Below, in pieces: positions 47,187-56,895 of a DNA stretch of 64,000 bases (the stretch's first letter is position 1; each line of letters opens with the position of its first letter). The translations under genes and the position numbers were made by a program. The stretch covers positions 696-64,695 of the forward strand of contig JAJYWC010000005.1 in NCBI GenBank assembly GCA_021791695.1. Direction: 5' to 3'. The notes beneath the pieces were generated by a model. That model searched no databases, was not told the DNA's origin, and saw nothing but the letters and a program-made list of their open reading frames with translations. The DNA is from an archaeon (lineage in GTDB: Archaea > Thermoproteota > Nitrososphaeria > Nitrososphaerales > Gagatemarchaeaceae).

Positions 47187-49346
47187 TTGAACAAGCCTGA
47201 GCGCGTCCCGGCGGGCGTCCAGCTCGTCCCGTACCCCCGGGAGGTCAAGCGAACGCCCGGAAGGACCATCCTGACCGCGTCGGCGGCCATCGAGCTCTCC
47301 CCGAGACCGGACGCGCGACTGAAGTTGGCTTCTGAGATGGTGCGAAGGAAGCTCGAAGGTGCTGGCGACGGGACTTCGGCCGGGGTGAGGTTGGCGTCGC
47401 TCTCCGCCCTCGGCTCGAAGAGCGCGTGGCTCGATGAAGGACTGCGAAGGTTTCTCGAGGAGGCGGACGACGATGGTGCCTACGTCCTCAGCGTCGGCGG
47501 CGGAGGCGTGGTCGTTGTGGGGAGGACGTCACTAGGCGCGTTGTACGGAATCCAGACCCTCCTGCAGCTCATGGAGCGGAAGGATGCAGGCTACTCCATT
47601 CAGAATCTCGAGGTCAGGGACTTTCCGGCGGTGAAGGACCGATACCTGGCCATCGCAATGTCGTGGTACGCCGGCTATGGCAGGGTGGGCTTCGGTTCTC
47701 AGCTCTGGGGGCGCGAGCAGTGGTTCTGGTTCATCGACTGGTGCGTTGAGCATAAGGTGAACGGGGTGAACATCTGCATGTACGGATACTACCCCTTCAG
47801 GTTCGATGAGTACCCCGAGACGGTCTTCAGGGACGTCGAGGCGACCACCTGGCTCCAGGAGGCGGGGAGAGAGGCCAAGGTCCTCTACACCCACCCCAAC
47901 GTCGCCGACGAGTTCCTTCCGGAGCTGATCCGATACGCCAACCTCCGGGGCATCACGGTCCTGTGCTACCTGGGTCTGAACACCTTCAATGGAGGATACG
48001 CCCTCGCCCATCCCGAGAGCCGGTACCAGTCCGATGACCCCACGAAGTTCCGCCAGTTCATGTACAACCTCTGCCCGAGCCGTCCGGACGTCAGGAGGTT
48101 CTTCGACGCCACCATCCGGAAGCTCCTCCAGATGGGATTCAACGGTATACTGCTAGAGGAGAGCGAGGGGAGCGGCTTCTGCGAGTGCGACTCGTGCAGG
48201 AAGGCTTACTATGGGAAGGACGGGGATTCCCGGAGCGCGCTCCACAAGGCAGACTACGAGCTGTTCAACCGGCTGTATTCGGTGGCGAAGGGGGAGAAGA
48301 AGGACGCCGTCATCGGTATCAGGGCCTGGAGGATGGGGTCCGAGACGGGGGCGGACGACCTCAGGGAGGGCAAGAAGCAGGTGCCCGCCGATACGCTTGT
48401 CTACTGGTCCAACGGGATGGACCCAAGAAAGTTCGACGGTTGGGTTGAGGTATTCGGGCCCGACCGGATAGCCGGCCAGGACGCAGAGTGCCTCGGGTTC
48501 TCGACCCTCTACGACGGGCTGGTCTACATGTTCCCGCGGCAGTACGCAAGCTACGTCAAGTTCGTCAACCCCGGCTACAGGCCGGAGTACCCCCAGTCCC
48601 TCGAGATGGACGTCAGGCAGTATCGTCTGGCCGCCGAGCACCGTTGCAGGGGTGTACTGGGCTACGCCTTCAACTGGAACGGATGGGAGCTCGCCCCCCT
48701 TTCCCTGTCCCAGTACGGATGGAACCCGGGTGCCTTCTCCCTGTCCGACTTTGTCCGGTACGGCTACCTCCACCAGTTCGGGAAGGCAGGGGGTGACGTC
48801 GCCAGGGCGGTCTGGGACCTCCCCCTCGTCCTAGAGACCAGGATCTGTGAGGGCGCTACCTTCGTCCCCCGCGATGACCCGGTAAGTGGAGGTCTCGCGG
48901 GCCTCACTTCCCTCCAGGTCCCCACCCGGTTCGGCGAGGGAAGAGGCGAGGAGAAGGCGCTCGAGGCGGACCTCGTCAAGGCCAGAGCGTCTCTCCGACT
49001 TCTCCTGGGTATCGACGGTCGAGGAATGACGGAACAGAACCGCATAACCCTCTCCTACCTCAGGCACGCGGCCGAACGGACGACGTACATCTGTCAGGCA
49101 GCTCTCGAGTACAGGAAGGCTGTGGCCGCCGAACGATCCGGCTCCTCCAAGGACCTTACCCTGCAGCACTTCAAGGGCGCCCTGGAATGGACGCTCGAGG
49201 ACTACAGGGTGGTGCGGGAGAGCGCCTTCGACCTGAAGGAGGAATTCCACTCGAGGATCCTCAGGGCAATAGATACAATATCTGGGAGGATCGCCAAGTA
49301 CGACAAGTCTCGCCCTGCCGGACCCCGCCCGAAGAAGGTGCGTTAG
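47187..49346 (+). CDS. GH20-domain-2-containing putative glycoside hydrolase with atypical catalytic domain
   Basis: LVPYP, AYVLSV..GALYGIQTLLQL..VRDFP (GH20b-like), LCPS, GILLEESEG, CECDSC; TTG start at 47187. Confidence 0.7.
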   Translation: MNKPERVPAGVQLVPYPREVKRTPGRTILTASAAIELSPRPDARLKLASEMVRRKLEGAGDGTSAGVRLASLSALGSKSAWLDEGLRRFLEEADDDGAYVLSVGGGGVVVVGRTSLGALYGIQTLLQLMERKDAGYSIQNLEVRDFPAVKDRYLAIAMSWYAGYGRVGFGSQLWGREQWFWFIDWCVEHKVNGVNICMYGYYPFRFDEYPETVFRDVEATTWLQEAGREAKVLYTHPNVADEFLPELIRYANLRGITVLCYLGLNTFNGGYALAHPESRYQSDDPTKFRQFMYNLCPSRPDVRRFFDATIRKLLQMGFNGILLEESEGSGFCECDSCRKAYYGKDGDSRSALHKADYELFNRLYSVAKGEKKDAVIGIRAWRMGSETGADDLREGKKQVPADTLVYWSNGMDPRKFDGWVEVFGPDRIAGQDAECLGFSTLYDGLVYMFPRQYASYVKFVNPGYRPEYPQSLEMDVRQYRLAAEHRCRGVLGYAFNWNGWELAPLSLSQYGWNPGAFSLSDFVRYGYLHQFGKAGGDVARAVWDLPLVLETRICEGATFVPRDDPVSGGLAGLTSLQVPTRFGEGRGEEKALEADLVKARASLRLLLGIDGRGMTEQNRITLSYLRHAAERTTYICQAALEYRKAVAAERSGSSKDLTLQHFKGALEWTLEDYRVVRESAFDLKEEFHSRILRAIDTISGRIAKYDKSRPAGPRPKKVR

Positions 49347-49476
49347 CCCAGCCGGAAGCAATCCCTTTCTCGCATCTTTGAATATTTATGCAAAAACTAA
49401 GATTGTATCCAAATCTACTACTTTTCTGCTACCTCGGTAGACATAAATATCCGCCGTCATCTTCTGGTGGACTATA

Positions 49477-51081
49477 TTGAACGGCTCAGAGGATAACACA
49501 TCGGGTATACGGAAAGCTGCTCGCAAGAGCAATAACGCGGGAGAAGATGCGATACGGCAGTACATGAACAACAGAGTGTCGAGAAGGGCCGCTATGGGCA
49601 CCGGTGCCAAGGTTGGCATCGGAGTCGTAGTCGCTGCCATCGCTGGCGTGGGCATTTACGAGGCCTATGCGGCTAGTCAGGGCACAAGCACTACTTCGAC
49701 TACTTCCTCTCAGCAGACGACCACCACGAGCAGCCAACAGACAACTTCAAGCCAACAGGCGACATCCAGCCAACAGACAACTTCAAGCCAGGCGAGCAGC
49801 AGTAACAACCTGACCTTCGTCCACTGGAGCTTCGAGAACGCCCAGATCACCCAGTACGTTAAGACGTTCGACACAGAGTTCAACTATAACACGACCGAGG
49901 ACGTGCTCGACAACAACAACTACAACCCGCTCATCGAGTCGTTGTTCGCCACAGGCACGAAAGTCGATATGAACTACGCCAACGGTTACGAGGTACCTAG
50001 ACTGATCGATCTGGGCTATTGCCAGGACTTCACCAACTTCCCGAACATCTCCACCATCGCGTCCGAGATGTACCCCACCATCGTCGAGTCACTGAGCACC
50101 GCAGCGGGCGTGCAGTACGGCCTGTGCTACTACTGGTCGAACAGGCCATGGTGCACGGTCGATGATTACAATCTGAACAAGACGCCCCTGGCGGGCCAGA
50201 GGCCCGTATCTTGGACCGACCTCTGGACCCAGTCTGGGCCCGCGGTAGTCAAGGCCGGAGTCGTCCAGTATCCGTGCATGCCAAACTGGTTCGCGGCGAA
50301 CTACGGCATCGGCTGGGACTTCATGGGCGAGATGCAGAACGCGAACAACGATCCGACCGGAGTGCACGTGCTCTTCAACGAGAGCTTCGAGCCAGTCTTC
50401 GACACCACTGGCCCGGCAGCGGACCTGCTCACCCAGTGGGCTAGCGCCACGAAAGGCGGCGTCGTCGACCCGGCGGTCTTCTCGCAGGCGAGCGAGAGCG
50501 ACACAGTCGCCGCCGGAAGCACTAACAACTACGCCTATGTCACGACCGCATTCTACGACTGGCAGTCGCTGAACGAGCCGAGCACCTCCAACATCCCGGT
50601 GGGAGACTCGAACCTTTGCCCGCCGACCTCGCAGCAGGCCGGATGGGGACAGATCGAGACAGGAGTCTACTGCTGGCCTGTGAAGAACAACAACGCTACC
50701 GGCGCAACCGAGATGATCTCATGGTTCGGATATGAGGACCCGACGACCGGCAAGAGAGTCACCCAGCCAGAATGGGCGATCGAAGCCGCTCTCGGTTCCG
50801 GATTCCCTGATACCCTCGAAGACCCCAACGTCATCGCGGGATACCAGGCATGGCTCGGAAGCCGCACCACCTCCGTTCTGAACATTGTGCAGCAGAACAC
50901 GACAGCGATTGGAACTCCGTACGCTTGGAAGTCGCTGGCATTCGTGCCCTGGCTAGACACCATCTACCCTGTCCTAGGCTCAGTGGCGTCAGGGGTCCTC
51001 GGCGTAAGCGCAGGACTCACGACGATGCTGAACGTAGCCAACTCGCAGTACAACACGTACAACGGAACCTCCTCGACCTGA
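49477..51081 (+). CDS. Carbohydrate ABC substrate-binding protein with Tat-like signal (alternative start ATG 49564)
   Basis: SRRAAM + hydrophobic helix, S/T/Q linker, precedes MalF/MalG-type permeases. Confidence 0.85.
   Translation: MNGSEDNTSGIRKAARKSNNAGEDAIRQYMNNRVSRRAAMGTGAKVGIGVVVAAIAGVGIYEAYAASQGTSTTSTTSSQQTTTTSSQQTTSSQQATSSQQTTSSQASSSNNLTFVHWSFENAQITQYVKTFDTEFNYNTTEDVLDNNNYNPLIESLFATGTKVDMNYANGYEVPRLIDLGYCQDFTNFPNISTIASEMYPTIVESLSTAAGVQYGLCYYWSNRPWCTVDDYNLNKTPLAGQRPVSWTDLWTQSGPAVVKAGVVQYPCMPNWFAANYGIGWDFMGEMQNANNDPTGVHVLFNESFEPVFDTTGPAADLLTQWASATKGGVVDPAVFSQASESDTVAAGSTNNYAYVTTAFYDWQSLNEPSTSNIPVGDSNLCPPTSQQAGWGQIETGVYCWPVKNNNATGATEMISWFGYEDPTTGKRVTQPEWAIEAALGSGFPDTLEDPNVIAGYQAWLGSRTTSVLNIVQQNTTAIGTPYAWKSLAFVPWLDTIYPVLGSVASGVLGVSAGLTTMLNVANSQYNTYNGTSST
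49731..49790 (+). repeat. Intragenic linker repeat (24 bp x2; SSQQTT units)
   Basis: cagccaacagacaacttcaagcca at 49731-49754 and 49767-49790. Confidence 0.8.
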
Positions 51082-51126
51082 TGCGCCTAGGTACAAGATA
51101 CAGCAGGAATAGAAAAGAGCATCACG

Positions 51127-51987
51127 ATGGCCGATACCCCAACGGGTCTCGCTCTCGTCCTGCCCCTTATTATTCTCGAGTTCGTCGTCGCTCTGTACCC
51201 GATGGGGTATTCTTTCTGGCTAAGCATCCATAACGCAGGTCTTATTGGAGGAATCCAACAGTACGTGGGCCTTGCGAACTACGCCAAGGTCTTCACGGAC
51301 CCGTTCGTGGTCGACGCGACCATGGTCTCTCTGCGTTTCGTTGCTGAGGTCGTCGCGCTCGTCTTCTTCATCGGCATGGGCCTGGCCCTGCTGCTCAACG
51401 AGCCTCTGCCCGGACGTTCCTTCCTGAAGGTCATCATCATTATCCCCTGGGCGCTCTCGGAGTTCGCCATGGCCATCGCGGGAAGATTCTTCCTCGACTC
51501 GGGCTACGGCTTTCTCAACTCCATACTCCTCGACCTGCACCTCGAAAAGTACGGCTTTCTGTTCCTGGACCAGCAGAACTCGGTAGAATGGATGTCGATA
51601 TTCTACGCGTGGAACTTCGCCCCAATTGGCGCGTTCTTCATCCTGTCCTCTCTCCAGACCATCCCTGAGGACCTGTACAAGGCCGCGAAGATGGACGGGG
51701 CATCGATATTCAGCAGGTTCCGGAAGGTCACGTTCCCGTACGTCCGGTACTCGGTCCTCATCACACTGGTCCTAGCCACCATCCAGGCGGCGGGATCGGT
51801 CGTCACCGCGTTCACCCTCACGGGCGGAGGTCCGGGTAACGCTTCTGAACCCATCACGCTCTACGCCTTCACCGTCTTCTTTGACGAGGGCAACTACGGC
51901 TACGGTTCAGCGATATCATGGCTCACCCTCGCGTGCATCGCCGTCGCGACCACAAGCTACTTCTTGCTACTGGCGAGGAGAAAGTAG
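51127..51987 (+). CDS. Sugar ABC permease, MalF type
   Basis: VGLANY, GLALLLN, LQTIPEDLYKAAKMDGAS..FRKVTFP, LTGGGPG. Confidence 0.92.
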   Translation: MADTPTGLALVLPLIILEFVVALYPMGYSFWLSIHNAGLIGGIQQYVGLANYAKVFTDPFVVDATMVSLRFVAEVVALVFFIGMGLALLLNEPLPGRSFLKVIIIIPWALSEFAMAIAGRFFLDSGYGFLNSILLDLHLEKYGFLFLDQQNSVEWMSIFYAWNFAPIGAFFILSSLQTIPEDLYKAAKMDGASIFSRFRKVTFPYVRYSVLITLVLATIQAAGSVVTAFTLTGGGPGNASEPITLYAFTVFFDEGNYGYGSAISWLTLACIAVATTSYFLLLARRK

Positions 51988-52863
51988 ATGGTATCGACCC
52001 GCAGAAAGTGCACGCTCTACTTCCTGGCTCTAGTGGCGGTGGTCTGGAGCATCTCGCCCGTCTACGAGATGTTCAGTGCCTCGTTCATGAATCCCAAGGA
52101 GCTCATATCGCACAACCTCTTCCCTCCGACCCCGAACATCAACAACTACCTGCGGCTTTTCGGGTTCATCACCACGACGGCGGGGGGACAGATCTTCGGC
52201 CTAACAGCGCAGGTCGACGAAGGACTGACGAACAGCGCGATCGTCGCTATCCTCGTCATGACGATCACGATGGCGGCCACCATCCCTGCAGGCTACGCCC
52301 TCGGAAGGCTGAGGCTCAGAGGAAGGACCGCCATGGTGGGGCTGCTGCTGGGGAGCAGGACGCTCCCTCCAGTCTCCGTAGCCCTGCCGTACTACTTCTA
52401 CTTCACGGCCCTCCACATCAGGGGTACCATCATCGGTGTTACGATCATACAAATGAGCATCACCATCCCGCTCGTCGCATGGGTCCTGATGGGCTTCTTC
52501 AGCGCCCTGCCTAGGGACATAGAGATGTCAGCGAGGATGGACGGCTGCACCAGGTTCCAGGCCTTCAGGAGAGCCCTCCTCCCGCTCGCCGCCCCGGGTA
52601 TCGCTGCGAGCGCCGTCATCGCCTTCCTCTTCTCCTGGAACGACTTCTTCTACAGCTGGCTCATTTCGAGCGGCAGTCCGGCGCAGACGTTCAACACCTC
52701 GCTCACGGCGTTCCTCGGTCAGGCATCCGGAAGCGCGCCCGACCCGACGATCTTCGCGGCGGCGGTCGTCGTCCAGGTCGTCGTGGCCATAGTGGTAGCC
52801 GGCATACTGCAGAAGTACATCACCAGCCTCAAGATCATCGATCCAGGGACCGTGGCTCAGTAA
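51988..52863 (+). CDS. Sugar ABC permease, MalG type (copy 1)
   Basis: PAGYALGR, LPRDIEMSARMDGC, FLFSWND. Confidence 0.92.
   Translation: MVSTRRKCTLYFLALVAVVWSISPVYEMFSASFMNPKELISHNLFPPTPNINNYLRLFGFITTTAGGQIFGLTAQVDEGLTNSAIVAILVMTITMAATIPAGYALGRLRLRGRTAMVGLLLGSRTLPPVSVALPYYFYFTALHIRGTIIGVTIIQMSITIPLVAWVLMGFFSALPRDIEMSARMDGCTRFQAFRRALLPLAAPGIAASAVIAFLFSWNDFFYSWLISSGSPAQTFNTSLTAFLGQASGSAPDPTIFAAAVVVQVVVAIVVAGILQKYITSLKIIDPGTVAQ
52502..52645 (+). repeat. 144-bp perfect direct repeat, copy 1
   Basis: Identical to 53430-53573 (gcgccctgcctagggac...tcctggaacgact). Confidence 0.9.
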
Positions 52864-52936
52864 GTCCCAAGTGAGGGCCGTGGGCCTTCAGCAAGAAGAT
52901 AGATAACGCCTACCGCCATCGGGTTTCCGCTCGGTC

Positions 52937-53764
52937 ATGACCACTCCGCGAAGGACCGTCCTCCTTCTGGTCCTTTCAGCGGTCGCTGCGGTCTACAGCC
53001 TCCTTCCCATCTATAATCTGTTCAGCCTCTCGTTCATGGATGGCAGCCAGCTCGTCCGGCACTTTCTCTTCCCGCCCACTCCGAACTTGGGGAACTATCT
53101 CCGTCTCTTCGGTCTCCTGCCATTCCAGGAGGCCGCGCAGGTCAGGCAGGGTCTGGCTAACAGCGTCGTGGTGGCGCTGTCGGTCATGGCCGTCACCATG
53201 GCGGTGGCCGTCCCCGCGGGATACGCGCTGGGAAGGTTGCAGATGAAGGGGCGCGGCCTGATACTCGGCGTGATTATAGGGACGAGGATGCTCCCCCCCA
53301 TTACGATACTGTTGCCCTACTACTTCTTCTTCAAAGCCATCCACCTTTGGGGGACGATTCCCGGGCTCGTCATCATCCAGATGAGCATCACCGTCCCGGT
53401 AGTTGCCTGGGTGCTCGTCGGCTTCTTCGGCGCCCTGCCTAGGGACATAGAGATGTCAGCGAGGATGGACGGCTGCACCAGGTTCCAGGCCTTCAGGAGA
53501 GCCCTCCTCCCGCTCGCCGCCCCGGGTATCGCTGCGAGCGCCGTCATCGCCTTCCTCTTCTCCTGGAACGACTACCTCTACAGCCTCATCCTTACGAGCG
53601 GGACACCCGCGATGACCCTGAACGCCTTCCTGTCCGACCTCGGCGGCACCATGCTCGCTGCAGGGGTCGTCATCCAGGTAGTCGTCGCGATAATCCTCGG
53701 AGGCTTCCTGCAAAGATACATCACGAAGCTGAAGATCGTAGACCCTGGCACGGTCAACCTCTAA
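52937..53764 (+). CDS. Sugar ABC permease, MalG type (copy 2)
   Basis: PAGYALGR, same EAA-loop segment as copy 1, similar C-terminus LKIVDPGTV. Confidence 0.92.
   Translation: MTTPRRTVLLLVLSAVAAVYSLLPIYNLFSLSFMDGSQLVRHFLFPPTPNLGNYLRLFGLLPFQEAAQVRQGLANSVVVALSVMAVTMAVAVPAGYALGRLQMKGRGLILGVIIGTRMLPPITILLPYYFFFKAIHLWGTIPGLVIIQMSITVPVVAWVLVGFFGALPRDIEMSARMDGCTRFQAFRRALLPLAAPGIAASAVIAFLFSWNDYLYSLILTSGTPAMTLNAFLSDLGGTMLAAGVVIQVVVAIILGGFLQRYITKLKIVDPGTVNL
53430..53573 (+). repeat. 144-bp perfect direct repeat, copy 2
   Basis: Identical to 52502-52645. Confidence 0.9.
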
Positions 53765-53806
53765 TCGAGGCCCGGTATCAGCGTCCTGGTTGCGCAGAGA
53801 GGCAGG

Positions 53807-54820
53807 CTAACCCCAGGGCTTCAGGACGGCCCGGGCCTTCACCTCTCCCTTCTTCAGCTCCTGCATCGCCTTGTTCACCTCGTCCAGGGGGTGGGTCTCC
53901 GTCACGGGAAGCATCTTGTGGCTCACGGCGAGAGAGATGACCTCCCTCATCACCTGTCTCGACCCCATCAGCGTACCGACGACCTTCTTCTCGTCGTAGA
54001 ACGGAAAGTCGGGAACGCCTCCCCAGGCTCCCAGGACGATCGTGCCGTCCCGCTTCGTGGCCCTGACGGCCTGCATCGCCACGTCGCTCGAGGGTGCGAA
54101 GACTATGCTCGCGTCGACGCCGCCGAGCCTGTTCAGCTGGGCGACCGGGTCTTTCTTGGCGTCTACCGGCGTAGCCCCGAGCTCCTCCGAGAGGGCAAGG
54201 TGGAGGTCGCTCCTCGTGACCGCGTACACGTCCGAGCCGTACAGCTTCCCGTACTTTATCGCCATGTGCCCCACGCCTCCCACGCCGAACACCGCGAGCT
54301 TCTTCCCGGGACCCAGCGGGACCTTCTTTATCGCGCCGTAGGCCGTTACCCCCGGACAGAACAGCGGCGCCGCGTCGACAGGGTCGAGCTCCGCCGGCAG
54401 GGGATAGATGTGGCCGTCGTTCGCCAGGATGTACTGGGCGAACCCTCCGTCGACCGTCTCGCCGGTTATGTCCCTCTTCCAGCACAGCTGTTCCCTCCCG
54501 GTGAGGCAGTACTCGCAGCTCCCGCAGGAGGTCCACAGCGGAGAGACCCCTATCTTGTCGTCCTTCTTGACCGAGGTGACCCCCTCTCCGACCTCGGCAA
54601 CCCTCCCGGCTATCTCGTGGCCCGGTATGATCGGATACTTCGCGGGCACCCCCATATGCACCCACTCGCCCTCGACCATGTGGAGGTTCGAGCGGCATAT
54701 CCCAGCGGCCTCTATCTTGACGAGTATCTGGCCCCTCCTCGGCACGGGAAGCTCGACCTCCTCGACCTGGAGCGGTCTGGTTTCTATCTTCCCCACTTTG
54801 TGCAGTTGCGCTGCCTTCAC
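53807..54820 (-). CDS. Zn-dependent alcohol dehydrogenase (AdhP-like)
   Basis: GICRSN, GHE, CGSCEYC..C, DGGFAQY, APLFCPGVT, GVGGVG. Confidence 0.9.
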   Translation of the reverse strand: MKAAQLHKVGKIETRPLQVEEVELPVPRRGQILVKIEAAGICRSNLHMVEGEWVHMGVPAKYPIIPGHEIAGRVAEVGEGVTSVKKDDKIGVSPLWTSCGSCEYCLTGREQLCWKRDITGETVDGGFAQYILANDGHIYPLPAELDPVDAAPLFCPGVTAYGAIKKVPLGPGKKLAVFGVGGVGHMAIKYGKLYGSDVYAVTRSDLHLALSEELGATPVDAKKDPVAQLNRLGGVDASIVFAPSSDVAMQAVRATKRDGTIVLGAWGGVPDFPFYDEKKVVGTLMGSRQVMREVISLAVSHKMLPVTETHPLDEVNKAMQELKKGEVKARAVLKPWG

Positions 54821-54913
54821 CCGGGCTTCACGGCACGATCCCGGCGCGCAGATAGTTCAACTTTGCCGGTGAGCTGACAACCCTTTTAGAAAGGCCGCTC
54901 CTCCTCCTCGCGC

Positions 54914-55720
54914 TTGACCGACCAGGAGCACTGGACGGAGGTCCTCTACGAGCGCTACCCTGACCTGTACCTTCCAATCCTGGAGTCCAGGAAGGAAGCC
55001 GGCGCGGAGGAAGCCGCCGAGGTCTCCAAGCTGATCGAACGCTCGGGAGGCAGGAAGGGGAAGGTCCTCGACCTTGCTTGCGGGATAGGCAGGCACAGCG
55101 TCCCGCTGGCCAAGATGGGTTACGAGGTCGTCGGCTACGACCTCTCTTCCCTGTTCATCGACCGGGCGAAGTCATGGGCGTCGAGCCAGGGCCTCGACCA
55201 GGCCCGGCTCAGGTTCTACAGGGGGGACGTCCGGAGGGTGGCGGAGGAGCTCGACCGGCTCAGGGAGGGCGGCTTCGACGCGATAGTGAGCCTCTTCAGC
55301 TCGATAGGCGCCTACGGAGAGGCCGAGGACGAGCGGCTGCTGAAGGACCTCCTCAAGGCAGCGGCACCCGACTGCCTGCTGATACTGGAGACCCTCAACC
55401 GGGATTCCCTGCTGAGGAGGTTCCAGCCATTCAACATCCAGGCGATATCCCAGAACCTGCGGCTCATAGACATCGCGAAGTTCAACGCGGAAGAGTCGAC
55501 CGTCGAAGACGACTGGCGCTTCTACAACGAGCTCCCCGACGGGACCCTGAAGCCCGAGCTCACCCTGCGCATCTCGGGCAGGGTCTACACGCTCCACGAG
55601 CTTCGCGAAATGACCACCGGGGCGGGATGGTCGTACGTCGCCGGCTTTGGGGGCCTGGTCTCCCCCGGCCCCGTAACCGCGGAGAGCCCGACCCTGGTCC
55701 TCGTGTGCCGGAAGGACTAG
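54914..55720 (+). CDS. Class I SAM-dependent methyltransferase
   Basis: VLDLACGIGRH, GYDLS, FDAIVSLFSS. Confidence 0.88.
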   Translation: MTDQEHWTEVLYERYPDLYLPILESRKEAGAEEAAEVSKLIERSGGRKGKVLDLACGIGRHSVPLAKMGYEVVGYDLSSLFIDRAKSWASSQGLDQARLRFYRGDVRRVAEELDRLREGGFDAIVSLFSSIGAYGEAEDERLLKDLLKAAAPDCLLILETLNRDSLLRRFQPFNIQAISQNLRLIDIAKFNAEESTVEDDWRFYNELPDGTLKPELTLRISGRVYTLHELREMTTGAGWSYVAGFGGLVSPGPVTAESPTLVLVCRKD

Positions 55721-55788
55721 CCTTCCTGTGGCGACAGAAGTCGCCGGAGAAACACATATATCAGGTCACGCCCTCTGTCAGCGGCAGT

Positions 55789-56880
55789 TTGGTACGGGTT
55801 AAGTTCGATAGCGTATCAAAGGACTATGGGAACGTGACTGTCGTCGACAACTCGAGTTTCGAGGTGAAAGACCAGGAGTTCTTCATAATTCTAGGACCCT
55901 CAGGGTGCGGCAAGACGACGACGCTGAACATGATAGCTGGACTCGAGGAGCCGACCTCGGGGAACATCTACTTCGACGACCAACTCGTCAACACCATGGC
56001 ACCTGAGAAGAGAGATGTCGCTATGGTCTTCCAGACCTTCGCGCTCTATCCCAACCTGACCGTCCACGACAACATTGCCTTCCCGCTGAAGCTCAGGAAG
56101 ATGAAGAAGGAGCTTATCGAGGAGAAGGTCGCAGCCGTTGGCGTCAAGCTCAGGATCACACACCTCCTCGAGAAGAAGCCCTACCAGCTCAGCGGAGGGG
56201 AGCGCCAGAGGGTGGCCCTCGCGAGGGCTATAGTCCGCGAGCCCAGGCTTTTCCTGCTCGACGAGCCGCTCTCGAACATCGACGCGAAGCTCAGGGTGCA
56301 CATGCGCGCGGAGCTCATCGCCCTGCAGAGGGAGCTCAAGATTACCACGATATACGTCACGCACGACCAGGTCGAGGCCATGACGATGGCCGACCGGGTC
56401 ATGGTCATGAACCATGCGAAGATATCCCAGATAGGCAAGCCTCTTGAGGTCTTCCACAAGCCCGCCAACCTGTTCGTGGCGGGTTTCATGGGCACCCCCC
56501 CGATGAACTTCTTCAACGCGGAGCTCAAGAACGTCAACAGCCACCAGGTGGTCGCGAACGAATTCTTCACGATAAACGTGGACAAAGCCATGGGCGACAG
56601 GATCTCCAAGAGCACCACAGGCGGGGAGCTCATCGTCGGAGTCCGCCCGCAGAACATGCAGCAGGTCACTGCGAGCGGGGACGCAGTGTTCGAAGGAGAA
56701 GTATACGCCGTAGAGCCGCTCGGAATCGAGACGCAGGTCGATGTCAAGCTCGGGGACTCGATCTACAAGTTCGTGGGTCCCGCCGAGTACAAGTCCAAGA
56801 TGGGCGACAAGATCAAGGTCAAGATCGACACCTCGAACATGCACCTGTTCGACAGAAAGTCCGAGATCGCGCTAATCTAG
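55789..56880 (+). CDS. Sugar ABC transporter ATPase (MalK type)
   Basis: GPSGCGKT, LSGGERQR, LLDEPLSN, YVTHDQ, TOBE-like C-terminus; TTG start at 55789. Confidence 0.93.
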   Translation: MVRVKFDSVSKDYGNVTVVDNSSFEVKDQEFFIILGPSGCGKTTTLNMIAGLEEPTSGNIYFDDQLVNTMAPEKRDVAMVFQTFALYPNLTVHDNIAFPLKLRKMKKELIEEKVAAVGVKLRITHLLEKKPYQLSGGERQRVALARAIVREPRLFLLDEPLSNIDAKLRVHMRAELIALQRELKITTIYVTHDQVEAMTMADRVMVMNHAKISQIGKPLEVFHKPANLFVAGFMGTPPMNFFNAELKNVNSHQVVANEFFTINVDKAMGDRISKSTTGGELIVGVRPQNMQQVTASGDAVFEGEVYAVEPLGIETQVDVKLGDSIYKFVGPAEYKSKMGDKIKVKIDTSNMHLFDRKSEIALI

Positions 56881-56895
56881 AGCCTGGGCTTCACT

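Noticed and set aside
49690..49800. Short repeats as a possible CRISPR or contingency locus
   Set aside because: In-frame 18-nt units encoding an S/T/Q linker, with no spacers or cas genes.
52864..52936. Hairpin plus GATAACGCCTAC resembling the 3' end of a fluoride riboswitch
   Set aside because: The 5' GGCGATGG/TTCGCC element is absent and the downstream gene is a sugar permease; only a short hairpin is supported.
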